Positions 31,501 through 38,725 of a DNA stretch of 38,725 nt are shown here, one piece after another. The position numbers and the translations under genes were made by a program. Source of the DNA: a phage. The stretch is from the sequence record PZ502562.2. One strand, 5' to 3'. Position 1 is the first letter of the stretch; each line of letters begins with the position of its first letter. The notes under the pieces were generated by a model. That model ran no database searches, was not told where the DNA came from, and saw nothing but the letters and a program-made list of their open reading frames with translations.

Positions 31501-32552
31501 TTGGTACTCTTCGTTTCGGTACTCAGGAGTTAGCGGCTCGTTCCCCGTGGACGGTTATGCTAAATGGCACCACTAACTACATCATTGACGCTGCCCGTCA
31601 AGGTGTCCTTGGTGATATTGCAAGTGCGGTATTATCAGGGACTGGTGCTAAGTTTGGTAAGGCAAATTATCTTAAGTCTGCATCAATAAGTCCTGAGCAG
31701 TGGAATGGTATCAAGCAACTATTTCGAGACCACGCCACTCGTGATTCTGGAGGTAAGTTCACAATCAGGGACAAAAGAGCGTTCACCTATGACCCTCGCA
31801 CAATGGACCTGTGGAGACTTGCTGACAAAGTTGCAGGTGAGACAATCATGCGACCGCACAAGATTTCCTCACAGGACTCAGTTGCGTATGGGGCAGGCGT
31901 TAAGATGGTGATGCAGTTTAAGAACTTCGTCATTAAGTCTCTTAACGCCAGATTCGTGCGTAGCTTCTATGAGGCCACAAAGAACAACCGTGCGTTAGAC
32001 CAAGCGTTAACACACATTGTTGCCTGTGGACTAGCTGGTGGCTACTACGTTGGGCAGGCGCATCTAAAGGCCGCTTCCTTACAGGATGACAAACGTAAGG
32101 AGTACCTAAAGATGGCACTAGACCCGAAGATGATTGCCCATGCATCCATCTCTCGTAGCTCACATTTAGGTTCGCCACTTAGCATCTACGATATGATCGC
32201 TGGGGTGTTTGGTGATGACACCTATAAGTACACACGCTCCACGGTACTACCGAAGCAACCAGAAGAACGCGATCGCACAAAAGCGGTCACAGGTCGTCAG
32301 GTTACTGGTATGATTAGTGGTGCTTTAGGCGAGCAGATTCCTGCTTTAGGGTTCGCAGGGCAGGTTGGAGGTACGGCACTTAATGCTGTATCACTACTGA
32401 AAGCGCCCAACAAGGCTACCGAGATGGAGTTCCGTACAGGGATGTTTAATACAATGCGTGAGATTGTTCCGAACGACCCTATCACGCAGCAACTCATTAT
32501 GAAAATTTATGAGGCCAATGGTATCCACATCAAGGAGACACCTAGGAAATAA
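28578..32552 (+). CDS. 16: Internal core protein gp16 with N-terminal lytic transglycosylase domain
   Basis: 1324 aa; N-terminal SLT motif ...VAWTESRFQPTAKSKTGPLGMMQFT...; collinear with T7 gp16. Confidence 0.98.
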   Translation: MDKYDKNVPSEYDGLFQKAADANGVSYDLLRKVAWTESRFQPTAKSKTGPLGMMQFTKATAKAMGLNVTDGPDDDRLVPELSINAAARHLAELVNKFDGDELKAALAYNQGEGRLGAPQLEAYSKGDFSAISDEGRNYMRNLMDVAKSPMAGQLEAFGGITPKGKGIPSDVGLGDIKVEGKRKVTDAIPESTGLDIKGIEQEAPAKSFATDFWDHHKQKPSEYDDRSTFFGFKDAASAEIDNSVLGMAFRAGRLDNSFDVFKDVITPTRWNSTIWTPEELERIRTEVKNPAYLNVVTGGSPENLDDLIRLANENYENDLKKADAGIGAQLSAGIVGAAFDPLSYVPLVGVTGKGFKLINKALVVGAESAAINMASEGLRTSIVGGDANYTGAVLGGLVFGAGMSAISDAITAGLRRSKPEAEFNNEFVGPLMRMEARETAFNANSEDLSKMSTGSINFDREYGGVNYAPLDTEPGAVVLPQGQILSDTNPLNPQTLSEFEAINPERAARGISLGGFTEIGLKTLRSENTGVRSIARDLVRSPTGMESGSNGKFGSTADDIHSRLSSNDNRDWNLYYDKMREVMKDPEFTTGAPKMSKAEAVESIDRKIALAIEHPELQVNLSPKEMDLMRHVKGHYDLKRELMENPAVFGNPKAVSIFPGSRNKGTYIPRVYDTQSKNLYIQRLGSREALQEAIAESSLASYYLRPEVKARIDEHLMEVNGLKSTKEVTHEMVRKYAMDKAYGISHTDQFSSSSIVDENITGLVGIENNNFLEARNLFDTDVPTTLPDGSTFSVDDIRVFSQRILMPAYDRRVNGDIAIIGSSGKTTKELKDEIMVLSKQAEGNGKLKGEVEALKDTVKILTGRARRSPEGALGTALRSLNDMTFFAKNFYMPLQNFTEIAGMLVKGNVSAVTHGIPVINDWVNRSKPMRASEIKELHSMVFGKELDQLIRPSREDHISRLRESTDTNAVLANVVGTLRFGTQELAARSPWTVMLNGTTNYIIDAARQGVLGDIASAVLSGTGAKFGKANYLKSASISPEQWNGIKQLFRDHATRDSGGKFTIRDKRAFTYDPRTMDLWRLADKVAGETIMRPHKISSQDSVAYGAGVKMVMQFKNFVIKSLNARFVRSFYEATKNNRALDQALTHIVACGLAGGYYVGQAHLKAASLQDDKRKEYLKMALDPKMIAHASISRSSHLGSPLSIYDMIAGVFGDDTYKYTRSTVLPKQPEERDRTKAVTGRQVTGMISGALGEQIPALGFAGQVGGTALNAVSLLKAPNKATEMEFRTGMFNTMREIVPNDPITQQLIMKIYEANGIHIKETPRK

Positions 32553-32572
32553 TACGACTCACTATAGGGAGA
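32550..32572 (+). promoter_or_regulatory. T7-RNAP class III promoter phi17
   Basis: TAATACGACTCACTATAGGGAGA, overlapping the gene 16 stop. Confidence 0.9.
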
Positions 32573-32624
32573 GGTGAAAGAATCTTCTCACTGTAGTCTC
32601 TTAGATTTACTTTAAGGAGGTCAA

Positions 32625-34466
32625 ATGGCTAACGTAATTAAAACCGTTTTGACTTACCAGTTAGATGGCTCCACTCATGATTTTAATATCCCGTTTGAGT
32701 ATCTAGCCCGTAAGTTCGTAGTGGTGACTCTTATTGGTGTAGACCGTAAGGTCCTTACGCTTAATACAGACTATCGCTTTGCTACACGTACTACCATCTC
32801 ACTGACTAAGGCTTGGGGTCCATCCGATGGCTACACGACCATCGAGTTACGCCGAGTAACCTCCACGACCGACCGCTTGGTTGACTTTACGGACGGCTCA
32901 ATCCTCCGTGCGTATGACCTTAACGTTGCTCAGATTCAAACGATGCACGTAGCGGAGGAGGCGCGCGACCTGACTGCTGATACAATCGGTGTCAATAATG
33001 ACGGTCACTTGGATGCCCGTGGTCGGCGTGTAGTGAACGTTGGTAATGCGGTAGACCGCGGGGATGCGGTTAACTTGGGGATGCTTCAAGATTGGGACAA
33101 CTCCGCCCTGAATCAAGCAGACCGTTCGGAGAAGGAGGCTGATAGGGCAGAGGCCGCTGCGTCCCAAGCTGACAGTAGCGCTGCTAAGGCTCTTTCTTCT
33201 GAGAAAAGTGCTTCCACAAGTGCTACTAACGCACTCGCTTCGGAGAATGCAGCAAAGGCATCACAAGTGGCTGCGGCTGGTAGCGCAAGTTCGTCAGAAC
33301 AATCTAAGAACGAGGCAAATGCCTACAAAGAGGCCGCGCAAACTGCCGCGGACACCGCGTCCAACCATGAGGATAAAGCCAAGGAGTACATGGAGAGGGC
33401 CGAGGCTGTCGCCTGCTCCAAGGAGAATCCGGTATCTGAGATAACGTTCACTACTGGTGGGTCATTAGGTTCTGAAAGGGCCAAGGTCCGGGACACAGTT
33501 ACCAACCGCATCTACTACTGGATTGGGACCTTCCCCAAGGTAATACCTGAAAACTCCGTAGGAGAAGACCTTATAAAGGCAGATGGTGACCTGTGGGATT
33601 CTCTGCAAAACCCTAACGGTAAGTGGGTAGACGCGGGTAACAGCGTCCCTGCACTAAGAACCACATTAGGAGAAGGAGTACCCTTCAAGTACGAGACGTA
33701 CCCGAAGGATAACCTCAACGCCATTACTGAGCGTCAATCCAATAGGGTGCGTGTGGCTACGTGGAACATTTGGGGAGCAGGTGCTCAAGGTAACTTTGGT
33801 TCACTGGGTTCTGCCGATAGGATAAAGGCCCTACAGGAGCGATGGCTCAACCAAAAGCTAGACTACGTAGGTCTACAGGAGTGCTATTTCAACGACACAT
33901 TCTACCCATTCTCCATGTATACAATAGGTTCTCTCCACACTGCATTCGTACAGACGTGCGAACCTTATGAGTCTGGAATAACCATCCTGGATTTCGACTA
34001 CGGTACGGGATGTGTAAGCAGTGGCGCTGACGTGAAGATGTCTGGAGGAATCTATAAGGACAGCATCGGAAGCTCAGTGGATAAGGAGCGCCGAGCGTGG
34101 ACTCGCACAGAGACTACCATTAGGGGCCGTAAGTACGTAATATACAATACACATCTCAGCTATGATAGGGCGCGATTCACTCAGCAGCAGTCAGAGTTGA
34201 ACAACCTCCTATTAGCAGAGACTAACCCACAAGTAATCGTAATGGGAGATTTCAACCACGACGACATCACGTTGTTTCAGCCATTACTTGATGCCGGATG
34301 GTCTATGGGCCAGAACAAAGAGTTTAATACTAACAACACCGGCGGAAAATGGCACATTGATAATATACTGTACAAAGGGTTCTCTAAGAGAGTTGATAGA
34401 GGAACTCAGGACGCACCAAGTTCTCTATCTGACCATAAATTATTCTATGTGGAACTGGAGGTATAA
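32625..34466 (+). CDS. 17: Chimeric tail fibre: T7-like tail-attachment N-terminus, Ala/Ser-rich shaft, C-terminal EEP (endonuclease/exonuclease/phosphatase)-fold domain
   Basis: 613 aa. Residues 1 to about 150 match T7 gp17; the rest is unrelated to the T7 shaft and tip. C-terminal motifs in EEP order: VATWNIWG, DYVGLQECY, VIYNTHLSYD, VIVMGDFNHDD, SDHKLFYVE. Confidence 0.9.
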   Translation: MANVIKTVLTYQLDGSTHDFNIPFEYLARKFVVVTLIGVDRKVLTLNTDYRFATRTTISLTKAWGPSDGYTTIELRRVTSTTDRLVDFTDGSILRAYDLNVAQIQTMHVAEEARDLTADTIGVNNDGHLDARGRRVVNVGNAVDRGDAVNLGMLQDWDNSALNQADRSEKEADRAEAAASQADSSAAKALSSEKSASTSATNALASENAAKASQVAAAGSASSSEQSKNEANAYKEAAQTAADTASNHEDKAKEYMERAEAVACSKENPVSEITFTTGGSLGSERAKVRDTVTNRIYYWIGTFPKVIPENSVGEDLIKADGDLWDSLQNPNGKWVDAGNSVPALRTTLGEGVPFKYETYPKDNLNAITERQSNRVRVATWNIWGAGAQGNFGSLGSADRIKALQERWLNQKLDYVGLQECYFNDTFYPFSMYTIGSLHTAFVQTCEPYESGITILDFDYGTGCVSSGADVKMSGGIYKDSIGSSVDKERRAWTRTETTIRGRKYVIYNTHLSYDRARFTQQQSELNNLLLAETNPQVIVMGDFNHDDITLFQPLLDAGWSMGQNKEFNTNNTGGKWHIDNILYKGFSKRVDRGTQDAPSSLSDHKLFYVELEV

Positions 34467-34467
34467 C

Positions 34468-35277
34468 ATGACCAACAAACTACTAGTAAACACTGAGGTA
34501 GCTCTCGCGGATGGGGACGCTCTATCCCTAGAGATGGTTCGTATGCGAAACGAACTGACAATCGCTAAGGCGGTTCAGGGTGAGACCCATTTCTACAAGA
34601 GTGTTAAGGATATGGGCATTACCGGGAAGGTTACGCTACTCTCCATTGCGAAGAGGATGCGCCGACGCTCTGTCCTCATCGTGAGTGTGTACGGAGGGAC
34701 CAGTGATGGTCCTGACCTTCCGCTCCCTTACTTCAACTCAGGGACTCCTGTTTATATGTCCGGCATACTTTGGGCGTACAAGATGGAGGATGAGAAAAAA
34801 GTCTATTTCGAGTGGCGTAACGAGAACATGACTGCCCGGTGTAACTATAACGCACACGTTGAGGACAAGGTTACTCCGTGGGTGTTCGATATGCTACCTA
34901 AGATGAATGCTACGGCTGGTCCGGGATACTGGCAGAACAGGATGTCAAATATTTGGGTTCCGGGGACGTATTACTTCACTAGAGACCAGATGAACGGCTT
35001 CACCGATAGACCTGTACTTGGAGGGGGCTACTTGGAGGTAATGAATGCAGGTAACTCACCTACTTCTGACAGAAACTATGTATTCACCTTAAACACTTCG
35101 GACCAACACAAGTGGTCCCGTCAAAATGATGGGGATTGGAGAATCATCCCTGTGTGCTTCACCGCAGCCGTACATGACAGCCAGATGCGCGTGGGTGATA
35201 TGAAAGTGGCAAGCAATGGTATGCTCCATATCAGAGTAAGCTCCAGTAAAGTGGGCCAGATTGCCACCGTTGGATAA
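34468..35277 (+). CDS. Hypothetical 269-aa protein downstream of the tail fibre; no counterpart in T7
   Basis: ATG 34468 lies 1 nt after the gene 17 TAA, with RBS GGAGG at 34457-34461. The ORF track shows a longer version from 34288 overlapping gene 17. Aromatic/Asn/Gly-rich, no signal peptide, no recognisable catalytic motif. Confidence 0.75.
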   Translation: MTNKLLVNTEVALADGDALSLEMVRMRNELTIAKAVQGETHFYKSVKDMGITGKVTLLSIAKRMRRRSVLIVSVYGGTSDGPDLPLPYFNSGTPVYMSGILWAYKMEDEKKVYFEWRNENMTARCNYNAHVEDKVTPWVFDMLPKMNATAGPGYWQNRMSNIWVPGTYYFTRDQMNGFTDRPVLGGGYLEVMNAGNSPTSDRNYVFTLNTSDQHKWSRQNDGDWRIIPVCFTAAVHDSQMRVGDMKVASNGMLHIRVSSSKVGQIATVG

Positions 35278-35290
35278 ATCAGGAGGTATC

Positions 35291-35494
35291 ATGTTATCCT
35301 TGGATTTTAATAATGAAGTCATCAAGGCTGCCCCCATTGCGGGGGCCGTTGGTGCTGACGCCACGTCTAGACTCATTTGGGGACTCTCCCTGAACGAGTG
35401 GTTCTACATTGCCGCTATCGCCTACACAGTGGTTCAGATTGGTGCCAAGGTAGTCGATAAGATGATTGACTGGAAGAAAGCCAATAAGGAGTAA
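35291..35494 (+). CDS. 17.5: Class II holin
   Basis: 67 aa from ATG 35291 with RBS AGGAGG (MLSLDFNNEVIKAAPIAGAVGADATSRLIWGLSLNEWFYIAAIAYTVVQIGAKVVDKMIDWKKANKE); one hydrophobic segment. Confidence 0.92.
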   Translation: MLSLDFNNEVIKAAPIAGAVGADATSRLIWGLSLNEWFYIAAIAYTVVQIGAKVVDKMIDWKKANKE

Positions 35495-35497
35495 TAT

Positions 35498-35767
35498 ATG
35501 GAAAAAGATAAGAGCCTCATTACGTTCTTAGAGATGTTGGACACTGCGATGGCTCAGCGTATGCTTGCGGACCTTTCGGACCCTGAGCGCCGTTCTCCGC
35601 AACTATACAACGCCATCAACAAACTGTTAGACCGCCACAAGTTCCAGATTGGTAAGTTGCAGCCGGATGTTCACATCTTGGGTGGCCTTGCTGGTGCTCT
35701 TGAAGAGTACAAAGAGAAAGTCGGAGATAACGGTCTTACTGATGACGATATTTACACTTTACAGTGA
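35498..35767 (+). CDS. 18: Terminase small subunit (DNA maturation protein A)
   Basis: 89 aa, collinear with T7 gp18. Confidence 0.95.
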   Translation: MEKDKSLITFLEMLDTAMAQRMLADLSDPERRSPQLYNAINKLLDRHKFQIGKLQPDVHILGGLAGALEEYKEKVGDNGLTDDDIYTLQ

Positions 35768-35812
35768 TATACTCAAGGCCACTACATATAGTGGTCTTTA
35801 TGGATGTCATTG
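35766..35812 (+). promoter_or_regulatory. Putative RNase III site (R18.5-like)
   Basis: GATATACTCAAGGCCACTACATATAGTGGTCTTTATGGATG hairpin. Confidence 0.45.
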
Positions 35813-35861
35813 TCTACACGAGATGCTCCTACGTGAAATCTGAAAGTTAACGGGAGGCATT

Positions 35862-36305
35862 ATGCTGGAATTTTTACGTAAGCTGGTACCTTGGGTTCTC
35901 GCTGGGATGCTATTCGGATGGGGATGGCAACTTGGGGCGGACTCAATGGACGCCAAGTGGAAACAGGAGGTACAGAATGAGTACGTTAAGAGAGTTGAGG
36001 CTACAGCGAGCACTCAAAGAGCACTCAATGAAATATCGGCTAAGTATCAAGAAGACCTTGCCGCGCTGGAAGGGAGCACTGATAGGATTATTTCTGATTT
36101 GCGTAGCGACAATAAGCGGCTGCACGTCAGAGTCAAAACTACCGGAACCTCCGATGGTAAGTGTGGATTCGAGCCTGATGGTAGAGCCGAACTTGACGAG
36201 CGAGATGCTAAAAGTATTCTCGCAGTGACCCAAAGAGGTGACGCGTGGATTCGCGCTCTACAGGATACCATACGCGAGCTACAGCATAAGCAGGAGGTTA
36301 AGTAA
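35862..36305 (+). CDS. 18.5: i-spanin (Rz-like)
   Basis: 147 aa, N-terminal TM segment [15 protein letters not shown], collinear with T7 gp18.5. Confidence 0.93.
   Translation: MLEFLRKLVPWVLAGMLFGWGWQLGADSMDAKWKQEVQNEYVKRVEATASTQRALNEISAKYQEDLAALEGSTDRIISDLRSDNKRLHVRVKTTGTSDGKCGFEPDGRAELDERDAKSILAVTQRGDAWIRALQDTIRELQHKQEVK
35977..36228 (+). CDS. 18.7: o-spanin (Rz1-like lipoprotein) embedded in the +1 frame of gene 18.5
   Basis: 83 aa from ATG 35977 ([71 protein letters not shown]...); lipobox [10 protein letters not shown]. Confidence 0.85.
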   Translation: MSTLRELRLQRALKEHSMKYRLSIKKTLPRWKGALIGLFLICVATISGCTSESKLPEPPMVSVDSSLMVEPNLTSEMLKVFSQ

Positions 36306-38077
36306 TGAGTAAAGGTACATCCGCTCAGTCCAATCGTAATGCGCTCGTTGTGGCGCAACTAAAGGGTGACTTCGTGGCGTTCCTGTTCGTCTTATGGAAG
36401 GCGTTAAACCTACCAGTGCCCACTAAGTGTCAAATTGATATGGCTAAGGTACTGGCGAATGGGGACAACAAGAAGTTCATCTTACAGGCTTTCCGTGGTA
36501 TCGGTAAGTCGTTCATCACTTGTGCGTTCGTTGTGTGGTCCTTATGGAGAGACCCTCAGTTGAAGATACTTATCGTATCGGCCTCTAAGGAACGTGCAGA
36601 CGCTAACTCCATCTTCATCAAGAACATCATTGACCTGCTGCCGTTTCTCAGTGAGTTGAAGCCGAGACCCGGACAGCGTGACTCTGTGATTAGCTTTGAT
36701 GTTGGTCCTGCTAGTCCTGACCACTCTCCTAGTGTGAAGTCAGTGGGTATCACTGGTCAGTTAACAGGTAGCCGTGCTGACATTATCATTGCGGATGACG
36801 TTGAGATTCCGTCTAACAGTGCGACTATGGGTGCCCGTGAGAAGCTATGGACTCTCGTTCAGGAGTTCGCTGCGTTGCTTAAACCACTACCAACTTCTCG
36901 TGTTATCTACCTTGGTACACCACAAACTGAGATGACTCTCTATAAGGAACTTGAAGATAACCGTGGGTACACCACTATCATCTGGCCTGCTCTGTACCCA
37001 AGGACACACGAAGAGAACCTTTACTACTCTCAGCGTCTGGCACCAATGCTCCGTGCGGAGTACGAGGAGAATCCTGAGGCACTCGCTGGGACTCCAACAG
37101 ACCCTGTGCGATTCGACCGTGATGACCTCCGTGAACGTGAGTTGGAATACGGCAAGGCGGGCTTTACGCTACAGTTCATGCTTAACCCGAACCTTAGTGA
37201 TGCCGAGAAGTACCCTCTGAGGCTCCGTGACGCTATCGTAGCGGCCTTAGACTTAGAGAAGGCACCAATGCATTACCAGTGGCTTCCGAACCGTCAGAAC
37301 ACCATTGAGGACCTTCCTAACGTGGGTCTTAAGGGTGATGACCTGCACACATACCATGAGTGCTCGAATAACTCTGGTCAGTATCAACAGAAGATTCTGG
37401 TCATTGACCCAAGTGGTCGCGGTAAGGATGAAACAGGTTACGCGGTACTGTACACTCTAAACGGTTACATCTACCTAATGGAAGCTGGTGGTTTCCGTGA
37501 TGGCTACTCAGATAAGACCCTTGAGTTGCTCGCTAAGAAAGCTAAGCAATGGGGAGTCCAGACGGTTGTCTACGAGAGTAACTTCGGTGACGGTATGTTT
37601 GGTAAGGTGTTCAGCCCTATCCTTCTTAAACACCACAACTGCGCTATGGAAGAGATTCGTGCTCGTGGTATGAAGGAGATGCGTATTTGTGATACCCTTG
37701 AGCCAGTCATGCAGACTCACCGCCTTGTCATTCGAGATGAGGTCATTAGGGCCGACTATCAGTCAGCTCGCGACATAGACGGTAAGCATGACGTTAAGTA
37801 TTCACTGTTCTATCAGATGACTCGTATCACTCGTGAGAAAGGCGCTCTGGCACACGATGACCGATTGGATGCCCTTGCGTTAGGCGTTGAGTATCTCCGT
37901 GAGTCCATGCAGTTGGATTCCGTTAAGGTAGAGGGTGAGGTACTTTCAGACTTCCTTGAGGAACACATGATGCGTCCTACGGTGGCTGCAACACACATCA
38001 TTGAGATGTCCGTTGGCGGTATTGATGTGTACTCTGAGGACGATGAGGGATACGGTACGTCTTTCATTGAGTGGTGA
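36305..38077 (+). CDS. 19: Terminase large subunit (DNA maturation protein B)
   Basis: 590 aa; Walker A-like FRGIGKSF; collinear with T7 gp19. Confidence 0.98.
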   Translation: MSKGTSAQSNRNALVVAQLKGDFVAFLFVLWKALNLPVPTKCQIDMAKVLANGDNKKFILQAFRGIGKSFITCAFVVWSLWRDPQLKILIVSASKERADANSIFIKNIIDLLPFLSELKPRPGQRDSVISFDVGPASPDHSPSVKSVGITGQLTGSRADIIIADDVEIPSNSATMGAREKLWTLVQEFAALLKPLPTSRVIYLGTPQTEMTLYKELEDNRGYTTIIWPALYPRTHEENLYYSQRLAPMLRAEYEENPEALAGTPTDPVRFDRDDLRERELEYGKAGFTLQFMLNPNLSDAEKYPLRLRDAIVAALDLEKAPMHYQWLPNRQNTIEDLPNVGLKGDDLHTYHECSNNSGQYQQKILVIDPSGRGKDETGYAVLYTLNGYIYLMEAGGFRDGYSDKTLELLAKKAKQWGVQTVVYESNFGDGMFGKVFSPILLKHHNCAMEEIRARGMKEMRICDTLEPVMQTHRLVIRDEVIRADYQSARDIDGKHDVKYSLFYQMTRITREKGALAHDDRLDALALGVEYLRESMQLDSVKVEGEVLSDFLEEHMMRPTVAATHIIEMSVGGIDVYSEDDEGYGTSFIEW

Positions 38078-38158
38078 TTTATGCAGTAAGATTGCATAGG
38101 GATGCACTATAGACCACGGATGGTCAGTTCACTAAGTTACTGAAAAGACACGATAAAT

Positions 38159-38181
38159 TAATACGACTCACTATAGGGAGA
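38159..38181 (+). promoter_or_regulatory. T7-RNAP promoter phiOR
   Basis: TAATACGACTCACTATAGGGAGA, exact consensus, +1 G at 38176. Confidence 0.9.
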
Positions 38182-38335
38182 GGAGGGACGAAAGGTTACT
38201 ATATAGATACTGAATGAATACTTATAGAGTGCATAAAGTATGCATAGTAGTGTACCTAAAGTGACCTCTAAGAATGGTGATTATATTGTATTAATATCAC
38301 CTTAACTTAAAGTCCAACATAAAGGGAGGAGACTC

Positions 38336-38485
38336 ATGTTCCGCTTATTGTTGAACCTACTGCGGCATAGAGTCACCTATCGCTTTCTTGTGGTACTTTG
38401 TGCTGCCCTTGGGTACGCATCGCTTAACGGAGACCTCAGTTCACTGGAGTCTGCCGTTTGCTCTTTACTCACTTGTAGTGATTAA
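38336..38485 (+). CDS. 19.5: Gene 19.5 protein
   Basis: 49 aa, MFRLLLNLLRHRVTYRFLVVLCAALGYASLNGDLSSLESAVCSLLTCSD, RBS AGGGAGGAG upstream. Too short for the ORF track. Confidence 0.8.
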   Translation: MFRLLLNLLRHRVTYRFLVVLCAALGYASLNGDLSSLESAVCSLLTCSD

Positions 38486-38567
38486 GGTCTTCCTGACCGA
38501 CTGACGGCTCACCGAGGGATTCAGCGGTATGATTGCATCACACCACTTCATCCCTATAGAGTCAAGT

Positions 38568-38676
38568 CCTAAGGTATACCCGTAAAGAGCCTCTAATGGT
38601 CTATCCTAAGGTCTATACCTAAAGATAGGCCATCCTATCAGTGTCACCTAAAGAGTTGCTTATAGAGGGCCTAAGG
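38568..38676. repeat. Right-end array of CCTAAAG/CCTAAGG heptamer repeats
   Basis: CCTAAGG or CCTAAAG at 38568, 38605, 38618, 38647 and 38670; mirrors the left-end array at 163-296. Confidence 0.55.
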
Positions 38677-38725
38677 AGTCCCTAGAGGGTCCTTTAAAAT
38701 ATACCATAAAAATCTGAGTGACTAT

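Noticed and set aside
34288-34467. Upstream extension of the extra post-fibre ORF
   Set aside because: It overlaps the gene 17 C-terminus in another frame; ATG 34468 with an RBS just after the gene 17 stop is the more plausible start.

Overview
This window is an almost complete genome of a T7-like podovirus (Autographiviridae, T7 group), entirely on the + strand. It begins at the canonical left end (CTCACAGTGT...) and stops just before the right terminal repeat. Gene order and most proteins follow T7: early host-takeover genes (0.3 to 0.7), the single-subunit RNA polymerase, replication genes (1.3, 2.5, 3, 3.5, 4, 5, 6), structural genes (8 to 17), lysis genes (17.5, 18.5/18.7) and terminase (18, 19). 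I found 17 T7-RNAP promoters, three host sigma70 early promoters, the TE and Tphi terminators and RNase III processing hairpins. All comparisons with T7 are from memory, not from an alignment. The main candidate novelty is the tail-fibre module: gene 17 keeps the T7 tail-attachment N-terminus but carries a C-terminal domain with the full motif set of the endonuclease/exonuclease/phosphatase (EEP) fold, followed by a translationally coupled extra 269-aa ORF that T7 does not have. Other notable points are a frameshifted ocr (0.3) gene, a canonical Walker-A kinase at the gene 1.7 locus, and absence of the three HNH endonuclease genes (3.8, 5.3, 7.7) and of genes 1.4, 2.8 and 4.2. No tRNA, rRNA, CRISPR array or integrase was seen.
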